64,000 nt of DNA. Origin: Amphiscolops sp. MND2022 (taxonomy: Eukaryota). Where the stretch lies: assembly GCA_964187785.1 (NCBI GenBank), contig OZ076409.1, positions 25,484,001 through 25,548,000 on the forward strand. The letters run 5' to 3'. A model generated the notes under the pieces. It saw only the letters and a list, made by a program, of their open reading frames with translations. It did not search any database and was not told the origin of the DNA. The translations under genes were made by a program, and so were the position numbers. Of this stretch, positions 27,001-39,000 are shown piece after piece (position 1 is the first letter of the stretch; every line of letters starts with the position of its first letter).

Positions 27001-30000
27001 TTTTAACCACCAGGCCAACTGGAGTCTCGAGGCCAACTTTCCGATCAGCAGCCGCCTTATTCAATTTGTCGCGTTCGAGTCTGTCAGTAGTGAATGTGAA
27101 GTAATTAAACACAAACGTCAGTTTAAATTTAAAAAAAAAACGAAAATATGGATATCGAAAACCACTGTATAGTAAACCCACTCGGCGTATTTGCGTTGAA
27201 AGTGTCTTTCAATGCAATCGGTCGGGCAAAGTTGCTGGTTAACGAGGCAAGATCAAGGTTTGATTAAGTGGTATACGTCTTGTTCTTCTATGAAAATTCA
27301 TGTATAACTTCAAATTGTCAAACAAACAAGATGCTCCAGACAAGACACCATGGGTGGGAAAACAGTGTTTTATAGTCAAGTGGCAAAAGTACTACAGGAA
27401 CAATTGCGGCACCAAATGAAGTAAGAGACACAGTTATTTTTGATAATCGAAAAACAGTTTTATTCAAGTTAAACGTCAAAACCACAGAACATAAAGGAAA
27501 CAGTTCCGATTCAATTCGCAAATTAACGAAAGTCTCAAACGAGGATCCTCTAAGCTCGCCTTGGAATATCAAAATCTTTGAAAAGTGTTCTTCTGTTTAA
27601 AAACCTTTGGAAAAAGGCCAGAAAACAAAGCTTTTGGTCCAGCACGGGACTCGTACCCAGGTACCCGCAAAGAAACTCACTCGCCACTCCAATAATCTCG
27701 CTTTGAACTCTAGGCCAAATGAAAAGGACTTTTCAGTGCATCTTGTAGCTAATGGCACATTTCGGTGAAAGCTTCTATCAAATTTTCGTTCTAAATCTAA
27801 AATTTTTCGTTACTTCTGAAGAAAGTGGAAAATACCAAAAGGATTTATAAAATCTTGGAATGAACAATTAGAATATCTGTAAAGGCACCCTCTGAGACAG
27901 CAAAATCAGTCGACATTGGAATTTTGGAATTGTGACATGTTCAGAAATTTTGTCAAAAATTCTAATTCGATGTTTGACGTGGCACTGAGCATGTGATTGC
28001 TCTTTTCGCTGTTTCAACGAAATTGGCAGGTACTTCGACAACAAAGAGCAAGATCGAGAAAAAACATAAGGCCAGCCGCCCGAACAGACGCCAGAGACTG
28101 CAAAAACCTCTGAAATTAGACTTTTTCGAAGGTGCTAACCTTGATTTCAGCAGTATGCTACCTTAAGTAGCGAAAACCGTAAAAATGAGTCTTTTCGTCT
28201 AATTCTCAAATCTGTGCCTGTGGTGACCCAGCTTGCGAGCTGAATGTGGATGTTGCCAAATCGCTGTTGTGGACGAGATTGCTGCATATTGTTGTAAGTT
28301 TATGGCTATTTTGACAATTTTAGATCTTATTTCGTAATTTTAGATACTGCCAAGTCACCCTGAATAACGAAAATTTAACATAATTTCCTTTTGGAACGTT
28401 TTTAAAGGCTGTCTAAGTGTTGGTTTCGAAGAAAAAGCGTAATGCGCACTACTGATAGCAATTACAGACTGGATCAGGCCGGCGAGCACTTCACAAGAAG
28501 CGGAATCCTCCTCTGACGGGACAGTTTTTACCCGAAAGAGGCAAAATGAGCTCATGGTCATGGGCGCCTGTCCCGGGCAAATACCCATATCATGTGTTCC
28601 TCTAACTCTTATGGTTACGGCGACAATGGTGAGAGCTTGTCGTCACATAGAGACATCATTTTTTGGCGACCACAGAGGGATCGCTTCGAAGTGCTTCCCT
28701 TAATGGTTTTAAAAGAGCCGACCCTCTGGTGATTGACGCCAAGTACGACCTGGCTCTGGTTGGAGAAGTATACGCAGAGTTTTCCTTCATTTTTTAAAGT
28801 TTGATGTATTGACAGGTTTACTGTGGCAGGTTTTCTGTCCGTTTTTCAGGTGACTTTCCCAAGTACCGATGGTTTATTAGTAAACGGTATTTGTTGACAG
28901 GTATCGTCTAAAATTGCAAGGTTCCCATCAGCGGGTCCTCTTTTTAGAAGCGTAGTGGACAGTAGCACGTCGCTACTGGTGTTTAACAGGTTTTCTAGCT
29001 GTTTTCAGTGATTTGCGCTTATGTACGAGAGGTGAAATTGATGGTTGAACCATGTTCCATCCGATTGATAGATGAGCTGAAACGAGTGTTCCCGACTCTC
29101 CTTTCCCATTTCTCGTGGAGACGTCCTAGAGGGATGGTTTTCGGTGAATAGGTAGAACAAGTGCTGACGTTGCCGACGGTCCCAACCGTTTCTCTCTAGC
29201 TGGTCTGGGTGTTGAGAAAAAAGTCGGCGAAGGTACCACCCCTCAGTCCAGAAGTATCAATTTTTCGGAGTATGGTATGAAAAAATTTTTCGATTGTGTA
29301 ATTTTTGAAGGGGAATCGTTTGCTCATGCTAGTTTTTCCTTGTTGCAACTTAGTGTGTGCTTTTGCAGCCGTTTTCAGTGAGAAAAGTCCGATTTTGGGT
29401 GCAAAAGTAGCAAAAACGTCAATTTTGGCATTTTTGAGTGTTTTTCTTGGTACGAGCGCGAGCGCTCGAGGTATTAGTCACAACAGTTGCAAAAATGTAT
29501 GGGAAGTAGCCCAAGACCTCTAGGGTACTATTACATGATGTATTGTCCACCAGAAAAGGCGTTGGAGTCCCTTTTTGGACGCATTTTGTATGAAAAAACT
29601 CGATTTTTGGCGAAATTGGCAAAAAACCACTATCAAATGCTACCTGAAGAATGCTGGATAGCACTGCAATCGCCTCTTCTGTGCTGCTAAAAGCTTGGGG
29701 CACCTTCCACGGCACAGAAATTAACGTTTGAGTAGGTTTTTTACGTTTTCATAACAGAAAAAATTTGAAAAACCTTGATTTTTGGCCAGTTTCAGGAGTG
29801 CCAGAGTGCATAATTAAAACCTCTAGGGCACTTAGTGTTTTCGAGTCCTGGGAGCCTAAGCGCTCTCATTTTCTGTTTATGTAATAAAATTAACGCATTG
29901 TGGTGAAAACCGCACGCAAAAATTCCTTTTCAGTGCTGAGAAAAGTTGAAAAACGTTGATTTTTAGTCTGTTTCAGGAGTGTCTCAGTACACAAATAAAA

Positions 30001-33000
30001 CCCCCTGGGCACTCTGTGTTTTTGTTAGCTAAGAGCTTTCGAGCTCTCATTTTCTGTTTTTACAATAAAAATAACGCATTGTGGTGAAAACCGCACGCAA
30101 AAATTCCTTTTCAGTGCTGAGAAAAGTTGAAAAACGTTGATTTTTAGTCTGTTTCAGGAGTGTCTCAGTACACAATTAAAACCCCCTGGGCACTCTGTGT
30201 TTTTGTTAGCTAGGAGCCTATGCGCTCTCATTTCCTGTTTTTCTATAAAAAATAACGTGTAGTGGTGAAAACCGCACGTAAAAACTCCCATTCAGTGCTG
30301 AGAAAAGTGGAAAAACGCACTGAATTTGATCAATTTTCCACAAAACCGGACTGTCTCTGAGCTAGGGTCGGGTCATCGATTCCTGAACCCTAGCCAAAAA
30401 GTGGTTGCATTTTCGTAACTACCACTAAAATTAACGTTAGTGCCGAAAATTTGGTGAGCGTATCGGTCACCAAAGTCGAGAAAAGCTCTCTGACGTTTCG
30501 ACTTCGGAGAAGCGTAAGAGGACCGAAAAAATCCAAAACTGCAAGACTGTCAGTGCCTTATACCTAATGGGCACCACCAATTGAGGGTTGATCCCAGTGC
30601 TACGGATAGCGAGGCAACACGTTGATCCCATTTTGCCCGCCGTATCACTTTCTGAGGTGATCCTCTTGGTCAATTTGTGAAAAAAGTTGTCAAAAACAGT
30701 GTTTTTTCGAGTGCAAAGTCCATCTTGGGTCGAAACCTTAAATAAGCGCTCGCGCTTCAATTCGACCATATCAGTGGCATTGTAGGTGCCCACTGGCATA
30801 GACTACCAAGTTTAGTGCCAATCTGCGTGATACTTGTCGAGAAAAAGGGAAAAACGTGGCACCCAAAAAGGTGCGCAAAAAGGCAGTTTTTTCTTAATTT
30901 TTCCAAGTAACCCGGGCACCTTAGCCGACGGGTGGGGCTATATTACACCCCATCATAGTAACCTGTGCTAGTTTCTACGTTGTTGCAGAGATTTTGAGCT
31001 TCCTAGCTCTTTCCAGTTGACCGTAGTCTTGAAAAAGACGTGAAAAACAGTGTATTTCGGTACATAGTGGTACCGCACGTCTGTACCTAGGTGAAACTGT
31101 GTAGAAGCGGCGCAGCTCAAAACTGTTTTCTCTTTCGCAAACCTACGTGTACTTAGGATTTGCTGGTCTTTTTTGGGCTTGATACGGCGCTTCCAGCACA
31201 CACACGAGCCTCTTGAGTGTTGTGGTGCGATTTTTGGAAAATCCAAAAATTCTTTGAAATTCTTCCTGTGGGTGACTGGAGACTTTTTGCCCTAAACCAG
31301 GTTAATTTTCTGGCCCAGTGTTCTTGTGGGAAAGCGCTGTGCAAATTTGAACAGCCTACGAGCCTTAGAACGTGTTTTGAAAAATCTTGGACGTTGAAAA
31401 ACATCAATTTTCTTAAGTCTTCACCGAGACGAGCAGAGGTCCAAATCCTTGAGGAGACCCCCTACAAGCCTACCAGCGTCTGTTTCACTATTCTTACAGC
31501 GTGGTTGGTGCCCACTGGCAGCGCCTGCCAAGTTTGGGATCAATTGGTACTGTATCTGTTGAGAAATTGACTAAAACGAACTACACAAGAAGGTGCGCAA
31601 GAAGGCGAATTCTACGAAGTCTTGTGGGATTGCCTGAACACCCTATTCAAAGAATTCGGCCAAATTGCTGCCCACTATCGTAACCAGTGCAAGTTTATCG
31701 TATTGTTGCCGAAAAACGAGCGTGAGCGCTCTTTCCAGTTCGCCAGAATCTGGGTTGACACGTGAAAAACAGTACATCTTGGAACACAGTGATACCGAAC
31801 GTCTGTACTGTGTTGAAACTTCACCTAGTCATCTCAGCACAAATCAGCTAATATTCCCGTGTACCTCAACTTACGTGGGATTGTGTGGTTGATTTTGAAG
31901 TCGATCCTGCGTTTCTAGCGTTAGCGCTAGCCACTTGAGTTTTTCTCAAGTGAATCTGAAAAACCCAAAAGATATCTGAAAAACCTCTGACTTGTGACTG
32001 GATCCCAGGACCCAATTCTGGACTCACTTACTGGGTCAGTGCATCAATCCAGAAGTGTTGTATACTTTTCAGCACGCTACAACCCTTGAAACTAATTTCG
32101 ACTCCTCTTGGACGTGCATATTCATTGTTTCAGTTCAAGGGTCCACCGAGACGAAAACTAGGAAAGTGGGAAAAAAGTCATTTCTGCGTGTTGGAAACCT
32201 GTAGAAACCCCTAGTTTGACCTCCCAGTAGTTCATTCATTGCTGTGCGTTTGATATTTGATCAGTATCGAGTGGGCTGCCTTGCTATATCATAGCATTTT
32301 GTTACTTGAAGTGTGATATCCTGTGTATTGTAACGAATTGGATCATTTTTTGGAACTGTCGGCGCACCTGCTCGGAAAGTTGGGATTACATTGCCCTGGA
32401 CTATTCTTATTGGTGTCAGTTGGTGCACCGTTACCGAAAAAGTGAGCTTGAGAGCTCAGCACTGTGGACTAGAGTCTTTGGTTGCACGTGAAAAACCGAG
32501 TCAATTGAGATACGGTGATACGGCAAGCCTGTACAGCATCTGCAACTCATTCAACAGTCTGAGCCCCAATTGCTTCTCGTTACAGTGTACCTGGCTATAC
32601 GTGGGGCCGCTTGGCCAATTTTGAGCCCGATCTTACGTTTCCAGTCTTGGTACGAGCCACTTGAGTAATTTTCTAAAGATTTTGAATTTTTCAAAAATTG
32701 TTAAAAAACACTCTAGCTTGTAGCTGGAAGTAATTATCAGCCTCGGTAAGTCCTCTTTCCAACTTTTGTAACTGAAGAAACGTGCTGTGCAATTTTCTAC
32801 CTAGTACGTCTGATAAAACTGATTTTGACTGTGCCCAGGCACGCATTTTGGCCGAAATTCCGAAAAACCGTAAAAAAAAACAAAACAGAAAAACTCAGTA
32901 CTCCCACTATACGGAAGGCAGAGACCAAAAGCCTTCATTTTCTAACCAAAGGGACCTAGAAGGCCTTCCTGGGTGCAAACGAGGCAAATCCCACGGTTCA

Positions 33001-36000
33001 AAAAAATTGCCGGCAGGGGTCATAAATTTTGGACTCCTCTGAGACTTTGAAATTTGCTGCTGAAAAGCCCAATTCAGCAATTTCAAGTGCCTGCGACGAA
33101 CTCTGGACTACATTTTCCCAACCGAAAACCTGTATATATTACGCTGTGAGCCTGAGCAGGGTTTTCGATATCCAAAGGAGACCCTGAGGATTCCCACTTA
33201 GTCAAAATTACGAGATTTTGAGAGGAGCAACCTTCTAGTGACACTATTTTGACCGGCTTGCCCGAGTGTGAAGCCTTTGTGAACACTCTGGTTCCTCTAT
33301 TTGGTGTTATTCAGCAGTATCGAGTAGCACAAGCACCGAATATCACGTCAAATTTGCAGAGAACTCTTTTGGGTAATCACAATATACCCGAATCCATCGA
33401 GGTTGAGAGGTCACTAAACCACTCGACTGTCTTTTTGGTGCGCACTATCCAACTTGGCTGCAACAATTTGCTCGAGAACAACATCTTTTGGCCCACTGAG
33501 CAGCTTGCAAAGCGTTGAACAGTTTTCAGTCAGCTGTGATTGCTAGAACTTCCCTTGACTTTGACCCTGACACTTAATTTGGATACACAGGTGGTTCTAG
33601 TGAAGCAGTTCGGAATCTCGAAAGCTGAAATGAAACGTTGGAAAGTCTTCCACCGCCTGCGTTCCTTTTTCAAAGGAAAAGAGGGTGTCAATGCAGCACA
33701 ACCAATTAATGTTCATGATGTTCAAACTCAAAATGAATCCCCAATGGTAGATGAACATGACCGATCGACGAAGTTAGAGGATTTGAAGTTGGAAGATTGG
33801 CCTTTGGAGGATCGTTTCAAACTTTTCTCCGATTTTCTAGACTCAATGCCATCTAAAACTCAGGATACCGAACCGGAGATTAGCATAAAGACTTCCAGTC
33901 CTAGTTCAGTATCGTCGTCGAAAGGTTTCCCTCTCCATGAAACCAGTATTCAGACTTATCAGAAACAGGATCAACAATTAGACGCCCTGGAGCAGCAGAT
34001 GGATGAATTATCAATCTTGTTGGCACAAAATGAGATACGTAGGAAGAAATTGTTAGCACGAGTGCTAGCACAAATGCAGTCGATAAATGCAGATGTGCAA
34101 ATACACCTCAGAAGTGCCACTATCAATATTTCAAACGACGCCGAAGCAGAACCAATGACACAGCCAACAAAAGACATGGGGCTGGAACCAATATCTTTGG
34201 ACACCACAACCATGAGTATTGCTGACACTTTGCCTGAATATCACGCCGGTGACAATGGGTTGCTCGAGAGCAACCTCTACTCAAGTGATACAAAAAATGA
34301 ACGAATATCAGTCTCACCCTCCCTTTCCTTATCGCAGGATTCTGTAAGCAACTCTCACTTCCTTGGAACAAATTCCCTATTACTCACTTCGCAGTTGCTG
34401 CCGAGTTTGCTGACAAATTCTATTGAGCCAACTTCTGCTGAACGTGGTCTACAGGATTATATTCAGGTGGACCAGCCAATCTTTATCAAATGGTTGCATA
34501 GTGGTTCAACCAAACCTCGACCGACTGGACATAGACGTGGTCGACCACCGCGGACTTCTGGTGAACTCTCATGGTATGAAGTTCTGCTCTCGTTTCATCA
34601 TAGACGTCGCCGCGGCCGTCCACCACGCTCAGTCTTCCTACTACCATGGTCGCATCGACCGAAGGGACATAGGCGTGGCCGACCTCCGAACAATTATCAC
34701 AGTCTTGAGACAGACCCAGCCCCAGTTTTCTTTATTGGAAGTCCTGATATTTCATGCTTTTTGTATGGCCTGCTGCTATCGAATAATAATGCCTATCCAC
34801 AACCCGAGCTACACTCCATTTCTTTTCAAGGGGGGAGGAGGTGTCATCAAAGCTCAACTTATCATTCTGCAATTTTTGTGTCGGGCATTCAAGTTTGTCT
34901 ATTCCTCGCTATCCTCATATGAAAAAGACTGCTCATCGATTAAGGCCTGAGGAGTCGACTAAAGTCCGGGGAGTCCCATGGAGAGACAACACTCTATTCT
35001 CTACATTCCACGCTGACCACCCACGGAATTTGCCACAATCTAAAGTGATGAAATCCTGACCGCACATTACTTTCAATCGATTCTGATGTATACAATCACA
35101 GCTTGATATAAAAACTTTGTTTTTTTTTTGTTTCTCGTAAAATTTTATTTGATATAACATTTTCAAGGCTATCCGCGAGGCTTAACAAAAAAACAAAAAA
35201 AAACAAAAAAAAACAAAAAAAAGAAACATAAAAGTCCTCGTCAGTGCAACTTTGGCCAGATGCTTTTTCTTATAGTTTCTTCTTTAATTTCATTATCTCT
35301 ATAGTTATACTCCTTGAAGTTTCAATGTTAATTTTCTTTTGATTCAGTGGCTTTTCTACAGAAAAACTAGTTTAATGGAGCTCATTAGCCCCGAAATTTT
35401 CAATTACAGAATCTTGTCTATTTTTGTCTCAGTGCTAAATCTCACATGCAGTCAGTTGGTAAATCGCTTTTCATACTCTCAACGGATGCTACTGATTTTT
35501 GTTTTGTTATGGAGCTCCACATCAGTGCGTGCTGCCCAAACCTAGCCAAACCTTGAACAAAAAATATCAGAAACTACCTGTTTTCCTTTTAAACAGTGGT
35601 TTTTCCGCTGAAAAGAAGTTTTACTGAAAACAAGTTTTAACTGTTCTGCAAACTGAATTTTTACTGGCGTAAAAAAAAGTTTTAAAAAAAACGCGCCAGG
35701 GAGCCCCAGGGCTTCAAAAAAATTTCTTAAACCACATAAACATCAGTGCTATCAAGATCCTATCCAAATTTAGTACAAAAAACTTTGCCAATTGAATGAT
35801 GCTCTCAGATTGATATATAGATTAAAGATTATGATTTGTTTGATGGTGCATTTTGAGTGCTCGTTTTCTAGCCCCAGGGCTTGCTCCAGTAACAGCAGCC
35901 AGTGAATAAAGCAGGCTCGATAGATCGCAAGAAACAAAACCTCAATATTGCCCCAAACAGCAAAAGATGATTGTGACACAACTCCGATGCAAAATCACCA

Positions 36001-39000
36001 GTTTGAACTCCCACTCGATTTCAATGATGATGTGGAGATGTTTCAATGCCAGCTTCTCCGCATGACAGGGACGTCATGCATAAAGTCCGGGGAGTATGTA
36101 ATGGCACCCTCTGAGACAGCAAAATCAGTCGACATTGGAATTTTGGAATTGTGACATGTTCAGAAATTTTGTCAAAAATTCTAATTCGATGTTTGACGTG
36201 GCACTGAGCATGTGATTGCTCTTTTCGCTGTTTCAACGAAATTGGCAGGTACTTCGACAACAAAGAGCAAGATCGAGAAAAAACATAAGGCCAGCCGCCC
36301 GAACAGACGCCAGAGACTGCAAAAACCTCTGAAATTAGACTCTTTCGAAGGTGCTAACCTTGATTTCAGCAGTATGCTACCTTAAGTAGCGAAAACCGTA
36401 AAAATGAGTCTTTTCGTCTAATTCTCAAATCTGTGCCTGTGGTGCCCCAGCTTGCGAGCTGAATGTGGATGTTGCCAAATCGCTGTTGTGGACGAGATTG
36501 CTGCATATTGTTGTAAGTTTATGGCTATTTTGACAATTTTAGATCTTATTTCGTAATTTTAGATACTGCCAAGTCACCCTGAATAACGAAAATTTAACAT
36601 AATTTCCTTTTGGAACGTTTTTAATGGCTGTCTAAGTGTTGGTTTCGAAGAAAAAGCGTAATGCGCACTACTGATAGCAATTACAGACTGGATCAGGCCG
36701 GCGAGCACTTCACAAGAAGCGGAATCCTCCTCTGACGGGACAGTTTTTACCCGAAAGAGGCAAAATGAGCTCATGGTCATGGGCGCCTGTCCCGGGCAAA
36801 TACCCATATCATGTGTTCCTCTAACTCTTATGGTTACGGCGACAATGGTGAGAGCTTGTCGTCACAATCGAAGCAGCAAATCTGTCTTTGAATGTGTGAT
36901 GAGGAATGAGAATTTGGAGCACGTTATCAAAACCAGTGAGATCGTATACAAAGACACATTTGCAGAAGCATAATTTACTATATGGAAGCTATACATGTTT
37001 AAACCACGCACTTGCCTTTTAGGACCCCTTAAAGTTTGATGGTCGAACTATTTAGAATTTTGCTTTTATGTTTTGATATTTTCATTATTTTCCGCCATAT
37101 TCCGTATTGAAAAGGAACATAACTAATTCCTTTTACCAAAATTTATCATGTTCCAAATTCATCTCCAAAAAGAAGGACTTCACCAATGGAACTCGACTGA
37201 AATAGTTGTTTTCGTGCGATACGTATTTGTAGAGATTTTGGAATTTTTTGGTTGACCCCAAATCGACTTCAAAATGGCCTAAAATGACCCCAAAAACAAA
37301 AAATATCCAAATTGTATCAATTTTGTGCTGTTTTTGAGAAATTTTTCGAAAATTGCGTGGGTTTTAAACGTTGGAAACGTTTAAAAACGAATTTACGCAT
37401 TTCGAGGATTTTCGAGTGTTACAAGGCTCAAACCGTTCAACGCCGAAACAACTAGCTTTAAGGACATTTTTTTGAAGAGGAAATTTCAGTATTTGGCTGC
37501 GACAACACCTCAGGGTTACCCCAGAAAAATCAGTAAATTCCAATTTCTGCCATTTTTGAGGACGTTTTGTGCAAAACTAGAAAAAGTTCAAAGATTAGAA
37601 GGTTCAAAAAGCTCCAGAAGAAAAACAGCTACGCAGTACGCTTTCGAAAGAGAACTTAACCGTTTCTGGTAGCCAAAACCTCAGAAGATCCCGAAACAGT
37701 CAAAGAATCCAAAGTTGTTCTTTCTACGATTTGGCGTTTTATGCAACTTTTTAAAATTTAAAAGATTTTTTGTGTCATAATGGTGAAAACGTTCAACAAC
37801 CACTAAACTTTGCATGCAGTCTGCTTTTTTGAAGAAAATCGACAATTGTGTGTTGAAAATGTACCCCAAATTGATCTCGAAATGATCGAAAAACTAAAAA
37901 AAATCATGTGTTGATAAACAAAAATACCAAAAGTTTCCAATAGGTGACTTTTTCAAACTTCGTAAACATTGATAGATATTGTGCGAGTTAGATTATTCGA
38001 AAAGTTCAACCACAATTGAACTAGTTATCCGGAACGGTTTCGTGAAAAGATATTTGTAATTTCGTGTTTGCAGAGTGCGTCAAATACACGCCCGTTTGTT
38101 TTGAAATATTACTCTCAATTTTTGATAATTCATAAGTTTTTCGTTGATAAAGTCTTTCCTTGACCTGATGGTTGAAACTTTGGGCATTTTCATTGCACTG
38201 TTTAGAAAAGTAGGATTTTTGTTAGAAAACTTTCGTGAAAGTGACAACAAAAAACTCAAAATTTTTGGATAATTCCCAGTTTTGATAACGTAGTCCCAAT
38301 TTCGGCCAACTTTAGAAAGTTTCCCTAAATCAGAAATGAAGCAGGCTGTACGTACAATTCCTTTTTTCCAATCGTTTTGCTAAGCCTTATTTATTGTTTC
38401 AAGGATTCGGTAGATATAAAAATTCGAAGAGTTTGAAGACGCATTATTTAAATTTTCAGCTTACTTTCACAAAAACAAATCGTTTCTGCTTTTCTGTCAC
38501 GAAATCCCCAGGAAGAGTAAACAAGCCGGGAACGGCCCAAGTCGACGCCATATCCAAGGCTCAAAAATAGCAAAAGGACTTCGAAGTGTCAAGTATTCTC
38601 TCCTACAGTACCCGCATGAGGAAAAAATTGAAAAAAAATATCGATTTTTTTTCAAAGTTTTTTTTTGGTCCGGTAAGTCGCATAGTGGCGAAAAATGTAA
38701 AAGGGGACCTCAAAAAAGCCTAATTAACCTCTATCGCAAGTGCCAGTAGAAGTAGTGTGGCATTTAGTGTTAGTTCAAGTCAGCTTATAAAGCTTATAAA
38801 ATCTGCCACTTCGTTGGTCTTTTAAAAAAAGTCACTGCAATAGTCTGCGTTTTCTACGAAAAGCGCCGACTAAAAAAGTTAGAACTCGGTAGTTTGGATT
38901 TTGTGCCAGCGTTTACGGCGTGTTTGTGATTTTTAAACAACTTTTTGCTGTGATTTTCTACAGTGCTTGAAAAATCGCTGCTTAAACGCTTAGTTTAGGA

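Larger units (their letters stand above)
27878..36866 (+). mobile_element. Non-autonomous LTR retroelement (LARD-like) with a single unknown ORF
   Basis: 770-bp TGT...ACA direct repeats, offset 8219, about 4 substitutions; PBS TGGCGACCACAGAGGGA; purine tract GGGGAGTA before the 3' LTR; no RT/IN/gag motifs seen in any frame. Confidence 0.9.

Noticed and set aside
26950..27027. Functional tRNA gene
   Set aside because: Acceptor and anticodon stems do not pair convincingly; more likely SINE-derived.
28355..28588. 77-aa ORF duplicated at 36574-36807
   Set aside because: Lies antisense within the two LTRs; the identity simply reflects LTR duplication.
34423..34950. 175-aa overlapping ORF in an alternative frame
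   Set aside because: Non-ATG start, GC-rich shadow of the RGRP-coding region; no supporting features.
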